Below are positions 63,270-64,000 of a stretch of 64,000 nt of DNA, piece by piece. The DNA is taken from positions 32,304 through 96,303 of IMG/VR virus record IMGVR_UViG_3300025012_000049. One strand, written 5' to 3'. This stretch comes from a virus. Made by a program: the position numbers and the translations under genes. The notes under the pieces are model-generated. The model searched no databases. It had not been told where the DNA came from and worked only from the letters and a program-made list of their open reading frames with translations. Position 1 is the stretch's first letter; each line of letters begins with the position of its first letter.

Positions 63270-64000
63270 ATGAAATTAAAAAGATTTTTACATGGTATAG
63301 TTATTGTTCCCTTAATTGCTGTATTAACCTGTACTCAAGCCTTTGGTTTATCTTTTCTTGATTTAGATGGTTTAAATCAATTTTCTGGTGGTGTAAATGG
63401 TGGTGTAAAAACTATCTATACTTTAAAATTAGGTTTAAATACTGCACAAACTAATCCCCTGACCGCGCTGACCGGCACCAACGCCACGCAGGTAGCAACG
63501 TCGGCAGTGGTCGTCTCCACGGAAGCCGGGGTGCTGGAGACGATAGCGGCTGGGTATCCGGCGATCCCTGGCGGTAATTACGAAGGCAGCGGAACGTGGT
63601 CAATCACCAACACCGGAGCCACCGCCGCGCTGCTCTCCTCCGGCCTGACCCGTTACAGCGGAAGTACCTACGGGCCGGGCAATCTGGGCGTGCTGGCAGA
63701 ACCGGCGGCGACGAACCGGTGCTTGCAGTCGCAGGAGTTTGACACGACGTGGGCTGTTTATGAGTCAGCAATAGATGACCAAACCACAGATACTACAGCG
63801 CCAGACGGTACGGCTACTGCGGATAAAATTACAGCCACGGTAAACTCAAGTAGTTCTCAAGTCTACCAGGTGATTACGTTAGCAAACACAACGAGATATA
63901 CTTGGAGTGTTTTTGCGAAAAAAGGGACGACTAATTTCATCGCTGTAAATTCAGCGAATGGAGGGAATTTATTCACTTATTTTGACTTAAGCACTGGTGC
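63270..64000 (+). CDS. Head-spike/fibre-like protein with signal-peptide-like N-terminus (3' partial, not in ORF track)
   Basis: GGAGG RBS; frame appears open to the window end; GVLAEPAATN...SQEF..W...APDGTATAD fibre motif. Confidence 0.65.
   Translation, partial: MKLKRFLHGIVIVPLIAVLTCTQAFGLSFLDLDGLNQFSGGVNGGVKTIYTLKLGLNTAQTNPLTALTGTNATQVATSAVVVSTEAGVLETIAAGYPAIPGGNYEGSGTWSITNTGATAALLSSGLTRYSGSTYGPGNLGVLAEPAATNRCLQSQEFDTTWAVYESAIDDQTTDTTAPDGTATADKITATVNSSSSQVYQVITLANTTRYTWSVFAKKGTTNFIAVNSANGGNLFTYFDLSTG

Noticed and set aside
1-64000. Prophage/integration module or host chromosomal genes
   Set aside because: No integrase, repressor, att site or housekeeping operon recognised; organisation is phage-like throughout

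Overview
AT-rich segment of a large lytic-type tailed dsDNA phage genome, standard genetic code, host not identifiable from the sequence. Layout: (i) 1-8.5 kb, + strand: tail/fibre genes, two GT9-like glycosyltransferases, holin candidates and a GH108 endolysin. (ii) 8.5-48 kb, - strand: a large replication/recombination/nucleotide block (primase, SF2 helicase, dUTPase, DnaB, 5'-3' exonuclease, split SbcC + SbcD, ThyX, resolvase, TylF methyltransferase, RecA, SLT, gp32-like SSB, a Ycf46-like AAA/DUF1257/DUF2997/DUF3150 module, a split family A DNA polymerase, a PAPS-reductase-like gene and 2 tRNAs). (iii) 48-56.4 kb, - strand: small early-type genes. (iv) 57-60 kb: a divergent, hairpin-rich, CCGG-rich + strand island. 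(v) 60-64 kb: radical SAM, secreted HNH, papain-like and head-fibre-like genes. Main signals not shown by the ORF track: an ORF-less 297-nt group I intron splitting the Walker B D/E codons of the AAA ATPase; a DNA polymerase intein carrying an HNH endonuclease overprinted in another reading frame with its own RBS; an intein inside the primase zinc finger; a recurrent basic [KR]-[ILM]-x-L-[KR] tag on the termini of many replication proteins, alongside a very acidic repeat protein; gene-junction direct repeats; a conserved leader motif; and a 23-bp G.U-containing long-range stem enclosing a whole early ORF. All family assignments come from motif recognition by eye, with no database searches.
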